Shown here: in pieces, positions 38,004 to 46,170 of the stretch
How the letters are laid out: each line of letters opens with the position of its first letter
How positions within the stretch are numbered: position 1 is the first letter of the stretch
Source: an uncultured bacterium
Lineage (GTDB): Bacteria > Planctomycetota > Uabimicrobiia > Uabimicrobiales > JABWCH01
Assembly: GCA_938003875.1 (NCBI GenBank)
Contig: CALKWO010000337.1
Span: forward strand, 6,105 to 70,104
DNA: 64,000 nt
Reading direction: 5' to 3'
The notes under the pieces: generated by a model
Told to the model about the DNA's origin: nothing
What the model saw: only the letters and a program-made list of their open reading frames with translations
The model's database searches: none
Position numbers and translations under genes: made by a program

Positions 38004-38285
38004 CTATTTTTTTTTGGATGCACTTTTATAAGTAGTTTTTTTTAAGGGTTTATAGAGATCGTTTGTCTGATCGGAGCGAGCAATAACGACACCTGGGTTT
38101 GACGGTTTTTTTGCAACTTTGGGTTTACCTTTAAATCCTGGATGGACAGGCCCTTCCAATGGTTTTGGTGTTCTGCCAAAAGCAACGGGTTTGCAAACAG
38201 GCTTTCCATCAGGAAAAGCATTGCCACCAACGCATCTAGGTTTCCCCAATCCGCTAGAATTTCTCTCAGGTTTAGGATTTGGCAT
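38004..38285 (-). CDS. Small basic Pro/Gly/Lys-rich protein
   Basis: AAGGAG RBS, ATG, 93 aa, co-oriented with neighbours. Confidence 0.6.
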   Translation of the reverse strand: MPNPKPERNSSGLGKPRCVGGNAFPDGKPVCKPVAFGRTPKPLEGPVHPGFKGKPKVAKKPSNPGVVIARSDQTNDLYKPLKKTTYKSASKKK

Positions 38286-38322
38286 GTTTTCTCCTTATCT
38301 GTAATAGTCAAAGTGATCCTGT

Positions 38323-38365
38323 GCAAAATGAGCAGTGCTATAAAATAGTATCTGCTCTATTTCGC
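38323..38365 (-). repeat. Bulged hairpin family B, divergent copy
   Basis: Minus strand GCGAAAT-a-GAGCAG-a-TACTAT-ttt-ATAGCA-CTGCTC-ATTTTGC. Confidence 0.75.
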
Positions 38366-38407
38366 ATCTGCGACAGCACTTTGGTCAGACAGTTTTTCTC
38401 CTTATAC

Positions 38408-39013
38408 CTATAAAGTATCTGCTTTAAGCCCTAATTCTTTGGTTAAAAGGGCTAACGATTTTTGAAGTTCTTCAAGACTGGCATCATTGGTGAGATAATA
38501 GTCACAAAGAGCTATAGGGCCTCCTTTTTCTAAAGCTTCTATTTCTGCAAAGTCTCTTTTTTCTGCTTCTTCTGGCGTTAAAGGGCGATACTCTCTTATA
38601 GAAAGTCGATGATATCTTGTCGCTCTTCTGGAGATGACGCAAATCAAAAGAATCTTAGCCTGAATGGATTGCCTTAGCAGAGTATATTCACTCCAGCTAT
38701 AAAGACCATCAATAAGCATTGTGTCCTGCTTTTCCAGAATTTCCCGAATGATTGGAATAGAAAGATGGGCATAGGCAGCCATTCCATACTGTGCCCTCAA
38801 TTCCATGCGGACTTTCTTTTCGTTGTCCTGAGTTTCAGGCAAATTTCTTTTACGCACTTCTTGTATTGTTATGTTGCCGAAATGCAAAAAAGGTAAGCGA
38901 TAGTCCTGGACAAGGGTTTGTACTACAGTGGATTTTCCTGTTCCAGGCATACCCACTATGGCAAGAATTGTTTTTTCTTTTTTAGAAGTGTTTTCCATCA
39001 AAATTTCTCCCAC
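38408..39013 (-). CDS. P-loop kinase, dephospho-CoA kinase/UPF0200-like
   Basis: GMPGTGKS, IDGLYSWSE, RDFAEIE..EKGGPIA. Confidence 0.75.
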   Translation of the reverse strand: MGEILMENTSKKEKTILAIVGMPGTGKSTVVQTLVQDYRLPFLHFGNITIQEVRKRNLPETQDNEKKVRMELRAQYGMAAYAHLSIPIIREILEKQDTMLIDGLYSWSEYTLLRQSIQAKILLICVISRRATRYHRLSIREYRPLTPEEAEKRDFAEIEALEKGGPIALCDYYLTNDASLEELQKSLALLTKELGLKADTL

Positions 39014-39063
39014 TATTACAGAAAACGTTCTGTTGCTATTCCTGCAACAGAACTGGACAATGC

Positions 39064-39639
39064 TTATTTTTTCTCTTTACTATAATTTTCATTCATTCTG
39101 TCTAAGATAGTATTGGTGATATCGTAGTCTTTTCCCCAATATAGCACATCGCGTGTATGGATTTGCATTCTCAAGGCTTCTGCTGTCTGAGAGCCAAAGA
39201 AGTCAGGCTCTGCTACACGCAATACCATAAAAAAATTATTTTTTTTGGCATATTCTTCGATTTCTTCGCTTACTTCTCGGTATATATCCTCCAAACCAAT
39301 CTTGAGCTTTTGGGTAAAGAAATGGTTGGCTTTTTCTTCCGAATATTTAATTTCAAAAAGCTTTTCTGTAAGCCTTTTTTCTTTGTTCTGGCGAATCTTG
39401 CTTCCTGCTTTGTACAAAGGAATTTCATCTTTAAGCTGCTTTACTTCTTCTTTTAATCCTTTTATTTTAGATAGTTCTGCTTCTGTTTCCTGCCTTATGG
39501 TTTCTTCCATGACAGTTACTTTTTTATAATCGCGAAAAACTTTCTTTAGATCAATGAAACCTATTTTCAGGTTTTGTGCGCAGACAAGAGGGCAAAAAGA
39601 AGCACAGAATAAAAGGACACAAACAATAAAAGATCTCAT
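39064..39639 (-). CDS. skp: OmpH/Skp family periplasmic chaperone
   Basis: Signal peptide, KIGFIDLKKVF, coiled coil, YDIT..IL; AAGGAG RBS. Confidence 0.8.
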   Translation of the reverse strand: MRSFIVCVLLFCASFCPLVCAQNLKIGFIDLKKVFRDYKKVTVMEETIRQETEAELSKIKGLKEEVKQLKDEIPLYKAGSKIRQNKEKRLTEKLFEIKYSEEKANHFFTQKLKIGLEDIYREVSEEIEEYAKKNNFFMVLRVAEPDFFGSQTAEALRMQIHTRDVLYWGKDYDITNTILDRMNENYSKEKK

Positions 39640-39689
39640 ACTTACTCCTTGAAGTTTTTGAAAAATTATTTTAAAAATATTCAATATTT

Positions 39690-41672
39690 CTAGTTAAAAA
39701 CAGGATGAATGGTGTTTTTTTCGGGTAAAGAGGGAATCCATTCTTTTAGAAGATTACGGAATTCTTCTCCTTCCAGAGTTTCTTTTTCCAAAATAATATC
39801 TACAATTTTTTCCAAAGCGTATTTGTTTTGGGAAATCATTTCTTTGGTCTGAGCATAGCATTGTGTTACCAATTTGATTACTTCTTTGTCAATTTGATCC
39901 ATTGTGTTGCCGCCAAAGTATGTTTTTCTCTCGAAATTTCGCCCCAGGAAGACATACCCTTCTTCTCGCTCAAAAGAGATAGGCCCCATTTCTTTTGTCA
40001 TACCATATCTTGCAACAATAGAACGGGCTATATCTGTAACGTGTTCAAAATCATTTTGAGCACCTGTAGAAACGATGTTTAGCCCAATCTCTTCAGAGAC
40101 TCGTCCTGCAAGAAGAATGCAAATTTTTGCCAGCAGCTCTTCTTTTGTGCGTGTGTATTTATCTTCTTCAGGTAAAGAAAGAGTATAGCCTAAAGCGGAG
40201 CCTCTAGGAATGATGCTTACTTTGTGTACAGGATCACCATCAGGGTGAAGCTCTGCAACCATGCCATGTCCTACTTCATGATAGGCCGTAATCTTTTTTT
40301 CCTTGGAAGAAATGATTCTGCTTTTGCGCTGTGGGCCTGCAATCACTCTCTCTATCGCTTCAGAAATATCTTTCTGATCGATCATCGTTTTGCCCTTGCG
40401 AGCTGCCAAAAGAGCAGCTTCGTTCATGATATTGGCCAGATCTGCTCCAGAAAAACCAGGAGTCCTCTGGGCGATTTGTTTTAGTTCGATACCAGCAGCA
40501 AGAGGTTTTCCTTTAGCATGGATTTTCAGGATTTCTTCTCTTCCTTTGATGTCAGGTTGGTCGATTACGACTCTACGATCAAAACGGCCTGGCCTGAGCA
40601 ATGCAGGATCAAGGATATCAGGACGGTTGGTGGCAGCAAGAACAATAATGCCTTTGTTGTTTTCGAACCCATCCATTTCTGCAAGGAGCTGGTTGAGCGT
40701 TTGTTCTCTCTCATCATGTCCCCCGCCGACTCCTGCTCCTCTATGCCTTCCGACAGCATCGATTTCATCAATGAAAACAATACAAGGTGGTTTGGCTTTT
40801 GCCTGCTGGAAAAGATCCCTCACCCTCGATGCACCTACTCCAACAAACATTTCCACAAATTCTGAACCAGAAATATTGAAAAAAGGAACGCCAGCTTCCC
40901 CTGCGACGGCTCTTGCCAGTAAGGTTTTTCCTGTACCTGGAGGGCCTACCAATAGAGCACCCTTAGGAATTTTACCACCCAACTGCTCAAATTTGGAAGG
41001 AGATTTCAAAAATTCTACGATTTCCTTAAGCTCTTCCTTAGCTTCATCGCAGCCTGCCACATCTTCGAAAGTGGTTTTTGTGTCTTCTTCCGCAGTAATT
41101 TTGGCTCTGGTTTTGACAAACGACATGACATCTTTTCCATAGCTATTCATTCGTTTCATGATAAAAACCCAAAGAACCATAATCAAGCCAATAGGAATAA
41201 TCCAGGAAAAAAGCAGTGCTACCCAATTGTTGTCCATTTCGCCTTGATAGGGGATATTGTGTTTTTCCATAAGCTTGATAAGATCAGGGTCATCGAAAAC
41301 TCTGGTCACAACAAACTGAACCCTTCCTTTTTTAGGTTGTAAAAAATCTGCAAAAAGGCTATCTTCTTTCTTTTTGTTTTCCTTAGAAGATTCTGGTTTA
41401 GGAGGATTTTTTTTGATTTCTTCTAACGTTTCTTTCCATATTGTTTCATCTTCGATATAAATACCTTTGATATGAGTATTGCTGAGTATGCACTTTTCAA
41501 TACGGTGTTCATCAGCAATCAATTTTTTAAATTTGGAATAGCTCAATTCTTCTGTTTTATTTCTAAAAAAAATAGAATGGAGCATAAGAATCAGAAAGAA
41601 AAAAATAAAAAAATAGTAGATAGGGAATTTGTTTCTATTCTCTCCTAGAGGAGATTTATTTTCTGAGGACAT
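39690..41672 (-). CDS. ftsH: ATP-dependent zinc metalloprotease FtsH
   Basis: Two [50 protein letters not shown]. Confidence 0.97.
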   Translation of the reverse strand: MSSENKSPLGENRNKFPIYYFFIFFFLILMLHSIFFRNKTEELSYSKFKKLIADEHRIEKCILSNTHIKGIYIEDETIWKETLEEIKKNPPKPESSKENKKKEDSLFADFLQPKKGRVQFVVTRVFDDPDLIKLMEKHNIPYQGEMDNNWVALLFSWIIPIGLIMVLWVFIMKRMNSYGKDVMSFVKTRAKITAEEDTKTTFEDVAGCDEAKEELKEIVEFLKSPSKFEQLGGKIPKGALLVGPPGTGKTLLARAVAGEAGVPFFNISGSEFVEMFVGVGASRVRDLFQQAKAKPPCIVFIDEIDAVGRHRGAGVGGGHDEREQTLNQLLAEMDGFENNKGIIVLAATNRPDILDPALLRPGRFDRRVVIDQPDIKGREEILKIHAKGKPLAAGIELKQIAQRTPGFSGADLANIMNEAALLAARKGKTMIDQKDISEAIERVIAGPQRKSRIISSKEKKITAYHEVGHGMVAELHPDGDPVHKVSIIPRGSALGYTLSLPEEDKYTRTKEELLAKICILLAGRVSEEIGLNIVSTGAQNDFEHVTDIARSIVARYGMTKEMGPISFEREEGYVFLGRNFERKTYFGGNTMDQIDKEVIKLVTQCYAQTKEMISQNKYALEKIVDIILEKETLEGEEFRNLLKEWIPSLPEKNTIHPVFN

Positions 41673-41784
41673 ACTTAAATTTTCCTTTGGTTCCAGCAAC
41701 GAAATTAAAACGAAAACTTTCGTTTGATTATAGAGAGAGTTTTTGTTCTTTGCAACTTAATTTTTATATATCTGACCTGTCAGA

Positions 41785-42393
41785 TTATTTCATAAAAAAA
41801 ATCAAATCGCTTTTGCTGCGTATTTTTTTTAGTAACTCTTCTTTTAGATTCATCTTGGCTCTATTCAAAAGACTTTTTACCGCCTGCACACTGGTCTTCA
41901 TGATTTGCGCTATTTCTTCATAAGAAAGATTTTCATATTTGGATAGAATTACTGCCATTCGTTGGTTAGCAGGAAGTTTGTTCAAGGCATTTTTTACTTC
42001 ACTGCATATCTCTTTCCTTGACAAAATGCGGGAAGGAGTTTCTTGAGAGCTATCGCTTATCATAAGAGCAGGCGAGCTACTGTCTTGATTTTGGATAGAA
42101 TATGCTTTTTTCCGTTTTTGATCCCTGATATAGTTTAAACAGAGATTTGTAACGATTCGATAAAGCCATGTATGAAATGAAGCTTCTGGGGTATATCTTT
42201 CGCGGGCGTTATAAATTCGTAGAAAAACCTCCTGTGCAAGGTCTTCAGCATCTTGAGGATTGTGGACAAATCTCTGGATGGTATTTAGTACACGAGAAAA
42301 ATTTTGCTCCATGATTTGCGTAAAGGCACTATCATCTCCCTGAGAAAATTGTACCATCCATTGTGTATCTGTTCTGGGAGTCTGTGTTACCAT
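41785..42393 (-). CDS. ECF-type RNA polymerase sigma factor
   Basis: DAEDLAQEVFL, F.TWLYRI..N, LP..QR...LSYEEIA...VKSLLNRA. Confidence 0.92.
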   Translation of the reverse strand: MVTQTPRTDTQWMVQFSQGDDSAFTQIMEQNFSRVLNTIQRFVHNPQDAEDLAQEVFLRIYNARERYTPEASFHTWLYRIVTNLCLNYIRDQKRKKAYSIQNQDSSSPALMISDSSQETPSRILSRKEICSEVKNALNKLPANQRMAVILSKYENLSYEEIAQIMKTSVQAVKSLLNRAKMNLKEELLKKIRSKSDLIFFMK

Positions 42394-42477
42394 ATCTTAT
42401 AATCTTCCGATATGCTGTATGTTTGGGAAAATGAGAAAATTTTTCATTTTCCCAATTTTTTTTGTGCCAACCGTTAT

Positions 42478-43587
42478 TTATTTCATTCCTTCCTGGAAGA
42501 CTTTCTTCAAAAGATCCAGTCCTCTGTCGATCTCCTCTTCTTTCGTGGCAAAAGAGATACGGAAATGAGTATCTTTTTCACTAAAAGCATTGCCTGGAAT
42601 TACCAGAATTTCTTTTGCAACGGCCGCTTCGCAAAATTTTTGTCCAGTTCCCCACGGAACTTCTGGAAAAATATAAAAAGCACCATGAGGCTTCGATACT
42701 TGAAAACCAATATCCAATAACCCTTGATAGATTTTATCTCTTTTCCGTTTGTATCTTTCTATATAGGGTGCAAGATCTACATCAAAAGTTTTAATACAGG
42801 CATATTGTGCAGGAGTAGGGGCACAAACAAAAGTAAATTGTTGTAATGTAGTCATCTTTTCTATAATTGCTTGAGGCCCAGCAGCATAACCCATTCTCCA
42901 TCCTGGCATTCCATAGGTTTTAGAAAAACCATTCAAAAGCAGAGTGTTAGGATAATACGAAACTATGGAATGGTGCTGATCTTCATAGTTAAAAGCTTCA
43001 TAGATCTCATCGGAGATGATTAAGAGATTATTTTTTTTTGCAATTTGTGCAATCTGAAGCAATGTTTCTTTTGAAAAGACTGTACCTGTAGGATTAGAAG
43101 GACTATTGATAAGAATAATTTTGGTCTTTTCCGTAATTTTTTCCTCGATTTTTTTTACATCTATTTGAAAATCAGGATAAAGACTATAGTATTTTGGAAC
43201 ACCGCCAGCAAGAGACAACAAGTGCTTGTACATCACAAAATATGGGTCGGGAATCAGAACTTCATCACCAGGATTGACAAGAACCATCATGGCTAGCAAT
43301 AAAGCCCCAGAAGTTCCACTCGTTATCATCAAGCCTTCTGGCACAAAATTTCTGGTTTTTTGCAGCTCTTCCTTTACTTTTTCCCTGAGAATCGAAATCC
43401 CTTGTGTCATGGTATATTGATTCAAACCTTGTTGGATAGCCTTGATCGCAGCCTCTTTCACTGGTTCAGGAACATCAAAGTCGGGTTGTCCAATAGAAAA
43501 GTTGACTGGGTTTTGCATTTTTGCAGCCAAATCAAAAACCTTACGAATCCCTGAGGCTGTAATATTTTTTACTCTATCTGCAAACAT
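42478..43587 (-). CDS. PLP-dependent aminotransferase class I/II (aspartate aminotransferase-like)
   Basis: GQPDF, NSPSNPTG, SDEIY, SKTYGMPGWRMG. Confidence 0.93.
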   Translation of the reverse strand: MFADRVKNITASGIRKVFDLAAKMQNPVNFSIGQPDFDVPEPVKEAAIKAIQQGLNQYTMTQGISILREKVKEELQKTRNFVPEGLMITSGTSGALLLAMMVLVNPGDEVLIPDPYFVMYKHLLSLAGGVPKYYSLYPDFQIDVKKIEEKITEKTKIILINSPSNPTGTVFSKETLLQIAQIAKKNNLLIISDEIYEAFNYEDQHHSIVSYYPNTLLLNGFSKTYGMPGWRMGYAAGPQAIIEKMTTLQQFTFVCAPTPAQYACIKTFDVDLAPYIERYKRKRDKIYQGLLDIGFQVSKPHGAFYIFPEVPWGTGQKFCEAAVAKEILVIPGNAFSEKDTHFRISFATKEEEIDRGLDLLKKVFQEGMK

Positions 43588-43630
43588 GGTATTGCCTTTC
43601 TAAAAGTAAAGTAACAGAGTTTATCCACCT

Positions 43631-43661
43631 AAAAAAAAAACCTGGGTTACAAAAACCCAGG
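43631..43661 (-). terminator. Rho-independent terminator after the PVC signature protein gene
   Basis: Minus strand CCTGGGTT-tttgt-AACCCAGG followed by T10. Confidence 0.8.
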
Positions 43662-43674
43662 AAGGAATAAAAGA

Positions 43675-43884
43675 CTATTTTTCTGCGGCTTCTTCTTTTT
43701 TTTCTTTTACTTTAGCAACTTTTTTCATTTTAGTGCCAGAAAGAACTTTGGGTAGTCCATACACAGAACTTTCTTCTTTCCAAATTCCTTTTTTACTTAA
43801 TATTTCAATTCGTTCTCCTCTTTTTAAGACATTACGATGTCTTTTCAGCTTAGAGGAGATAAATAAACTTTTATGAATAGACAT
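43675..43884 (-). CDS. PVC superphylum signature small basic protein (TIGR04137-like)
   Basis: MSIHKSL...RHRNVLKR.ERI..L...G.W....SVYGLPKV; AAGGAG RBS, ATG 43884. Confidence 0.88.
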   Translation of the reverse strand: MSIHKSLFISSKLKRHRNVLKRGERIEILSKKGIWKEESSVYGLPKVLSGTKMKKVAKVKEKKEEAAEK

Positions 43885-43979
43885 AAAAACTCCTTTGTCT
43901 CGATAAAAATGCAGCAAAACATATAGCTATTACAATATTTTCTTTTTTTTTCTTCTTAAAAACTTCCGAAGAATAATTC

Positions 43980-44098
43980 CCCTCATAGAAAGTTGGTTTC
44001 CCTGAACTGGATACAGGATTGACATAGATCCCCAAACTGGAAGATTGTTTGTAGGGTACTGTGTCCTGATCACCTCCCTAATCAACTAGCAAGTAGGG
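43980..44098. ncRNA. Candidate structured RNA (rod-like, ~119 nt) upstream of the PVC signature gene
   Basis: Nested complementary blocks CCCT/AGGG, AGTTGGTT/AATCAACT, GACATAG/CTGTGTC, CAAAC/GTTTG. GC-richer island in AT-rich DNA, downstream of a consensus promoter. Confidence 0.45.
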
Positions 44099-44138
44099 TA
44101 TAGCTATTTACTTTATTTTTTTCAAAATATAAAACAAA

Positions 44139-44167
44139 ATCTTACTTGGATGAGGGCACGAAGTCAA
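44139..44167 (-). promoter_or_regulatory. Putative sigma70 promoter
   Basis: Minus strand TTGACT-17 bp-TAAGAT. Confidence 0.65.
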
Positions 44168-44465
44168 GTTTTTTTTTGCATCTTATCACGAATTTTGTTG
44201 TAAATCATTTTTGGCTATATTCCTCTTTTCTTTCTAGAATTTTTGTGAAGATTTTGTAAAATGGACTTAAGGCATAATAAAAATAACACAGCGAGCTGCT
44301 TTAATGGAGAATTTTATTCTATTAAAAATTGCAAGAAAAAATCTTGAAGTTTAAGCCAATTTTCTGCTTGTAATCTTTGGGATTTTTTTGTATTTTTAAG
44401 ATATATCTACTTACTGGCATTGCTTCAAAATCAATAGAAACTAATAAATTCAGAAGGGGGAAATC

Positions 44466-44930
44466 ATGAAAAATATAATCATTGTTATTATTGGCGTGCT
44501 TATAAGTCTTGTATATTCCAAATGGGATAATATAAGGTCGCTGCTCGTGACTCCAAAGACAACACAAAAGACTACAACAATAGAGGCTCCAAACCAAAAT
44601 GTCGAGACGGAATTACTTTATTATAAAAGGTTGGACCAGACTATCAGCTTTGAAGTAGACTCTTCCCTTACATTAGAGAAAACTATAGCTCAGATATGCC
44701 AGAAAGCCTATATCCCTTATGTTTTTGTTGAAAAAGCAGATCTTAAAACTACTGCACCTAAGCTGGATTCTTATAAACTACATGGCAAGGTCAAAGATAT
44801 TATAGAAAAGCTCATTTCTCAGCAAGAGCTTTTGTATGTCCTTAACGAGAATGGTCTATGCCTTAGAAAAAAAGAAAATTATACTCATGGCGAAAGCACT
44901 GTAAAAATAACACCTTGTCGTACTGGCTGA
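44466..44930 (+). CDS. Hypothetical membrane-anchored protein (STN/secretin-N-like region)
   Basis: N-terminal hydrophobic anchor; ISF...TLEKTIAQICQKAYIPYVF pattern. Confidence 0.6.
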   Translation: MKNIIIVIIGVLISLVYSKWDNIRSLLVTPKTTQKTTTIEAPNQNVETELLYYKRLDQTISFEVDSSLTLEKTIAQICQKAYIPYVFVEKADLKTTAPKLDSYKLHGKVKDIIEKLISQQELLYVLNENGLCLRKKENYTHGESTVKITPCRTG

Positions 44931-45004
44931 AAAGGCTAGAAATAAACTCATCCGTTGGATGAGTCCACTGTGGATCAATATGAGCCTTTTTCTTAGACGA
45001 AATT

Positions 45005-45032
45005 AAAAAACCAGGGCTCAGCCCTGGTTTTT
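45005..45032. terminator. Bidirectional intrinsic terminator
   Basis: AAAAAA-CCAGGGC-tca-GCCCTGG-TTTTT between convergent genes. Confidence 0.85.
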
Positions 45033-45057
45033 ATTTTGTAGAAGTTCAAAATATCTT

Positions 45058-45951
45058 TTACTTTGTCCCTTTGATTTCTGCCCATTCTTCCCATTTTTCT
45101 GGATTGGGACCAAAGTCTTTTCCTGTGAGTTCTTTTAATACAGAGTATGCTGCATCCCCTACATTCCCTACGGGGTCACGCATTTTTTGGACAAGAGGAA
45201 TCTTGCACTCTTCTGTATATCCTATCATGGCAACCGCTCCAATGGAATTGTAGCGAACAGCAGGATGTTCATCGTTCCATGTATTAGCAAGAATAGCTTT
45301 TACAGCTTCGGGATTTCCTGTTCTGGCAAGTGCTATGACAACATTGTTTCTTACTTCTGGTGCAGGGTCTTTCAAGGCTACCAGAAGATGAGGCAAAGCA
45401 TCCTGGTCTTTTTCCTTGTTTACTATCTGCGAAATAGCAAAAGCAGACATAGCCCTTACAGAAGCTTCTGGGTCTTTCTTTAGGGCATCGAATAGAATTT
45501 CCATAGGAGTCTGGTCTGAGGCAATGTGTCCTAAGGATAGTGCTGCATTGCTGCGTACAATAGAACCTCCTGTTTTCAAGGCATCGTTCAGATAAGGAAT
45601 GGCTCGTATGTCATTGCTGAACCCCAGGGAAGTAACAGCAATATATCCCTTTTCTCCAGGAATGGCTTTCACAAGTTCGGAAAAATGGCTTCTGCTCAAT
45701 TCTTCCAGATCTTTTTCTGCAGAAATGACCAGAGCATGATCCTGTATTTTCTGAGCAGCCTGCCATTTTTTCAGCAATGTATCAAGCTGTGCCAAAATAT
45801 CTTCGTCTTGTTTTGTTGTCCGATAGTCCAGTCCTTGACGATCTTCCTTGATTTCCTGCAAATCTATTTTTTCATCTTTTGCTTTATCAGCACAACCAGC
45901 CAGCAAAAGCAAGGAAGCAAGGAATACAAAAAAAAATTTTCGCATCAACAT
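45058..45951 (-). CDS. HEAT-repeat lipoprotein
   Basis: Lipobox LAGC; repeated D....VR..A..AL units. Confidence 0.85.
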   Translation of the reverse strand: MLMRKFFFVFLASLLLLAGCADKAKDEKIDLQEIKEDRQGLDYRTTKQDEDILAQLDTLLKKWQAAQKIQDHALVISAEKDLEELSRSHFSELVKAIPGEKGYIAVTSLGFSNDIRAIPYLNDALKTGGSIVRSNAALSLGHIASDQTPMEILFDALKKDPEASVRAMSAFAISQIVNKEKDQDALPHLLVALKDPAPEVRNNVVIALARTGNPEAVKAILANTWNDEHPAVRYNSIGAVAMIGYTEECKIPLVQKMRDPVGNVGDAAYSVLKELTGKDFGPNPEKWEEWAEIKGTK

Positions 45952-46087
45952 TTTCCTTTAAAATTTGTAATTATCAAACTACAGCAGCTCTCATTATGTA
46001 TTTGCTATGAGAATGAAATAACTTCCCCATTTTAGTTCATAAGGTTCAACGTCTATAACACAATCAGAATACACGAAGAAAAGCCTA

Positions 46088-46170
46088 TGCAGGCTAAGCA
46101 GTGCTATATTAATAGCATCTGCTTGAGTCTGCGGGAGGAAATGTGGAACTTATTTAATTCTTGTTCCTTA
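46088..46170 (-). repeat. 83-bp family B repeat, copy 2
   Basis: Reverse complement of 15974-16056 with two substitutions; begins at the TAA stop of the upstream gene. Confidence 0.9.

Noticed and set aside
38042..38326. Alternative 94-aa minus-strand ORF overlapping the small basic protein
   Set aside because: Starts inside the family B hairpin with no RBS; the 38004-38285 frame has ATG plus AAGGAG.
40390..41142. 250-aa plus-strand ORF
   Set aside because: Antisense shadow of the conserved FtsH AAA domain. The other short antisense ORFs in the track were rejected for the same reason.
41785..42393. ECF sigma of the kinase-activated type (no adjacent anti-sigma)
   Set aside because: It retains the canonical DAED motif and is not next to the kinases, so there is no evidence for phospho-activation.
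43980..44098. SRP RNA or tRNA
   Set aside because: Lacks the SRP domain IV consensus and any cloverleaf, T-loop or CCA features.
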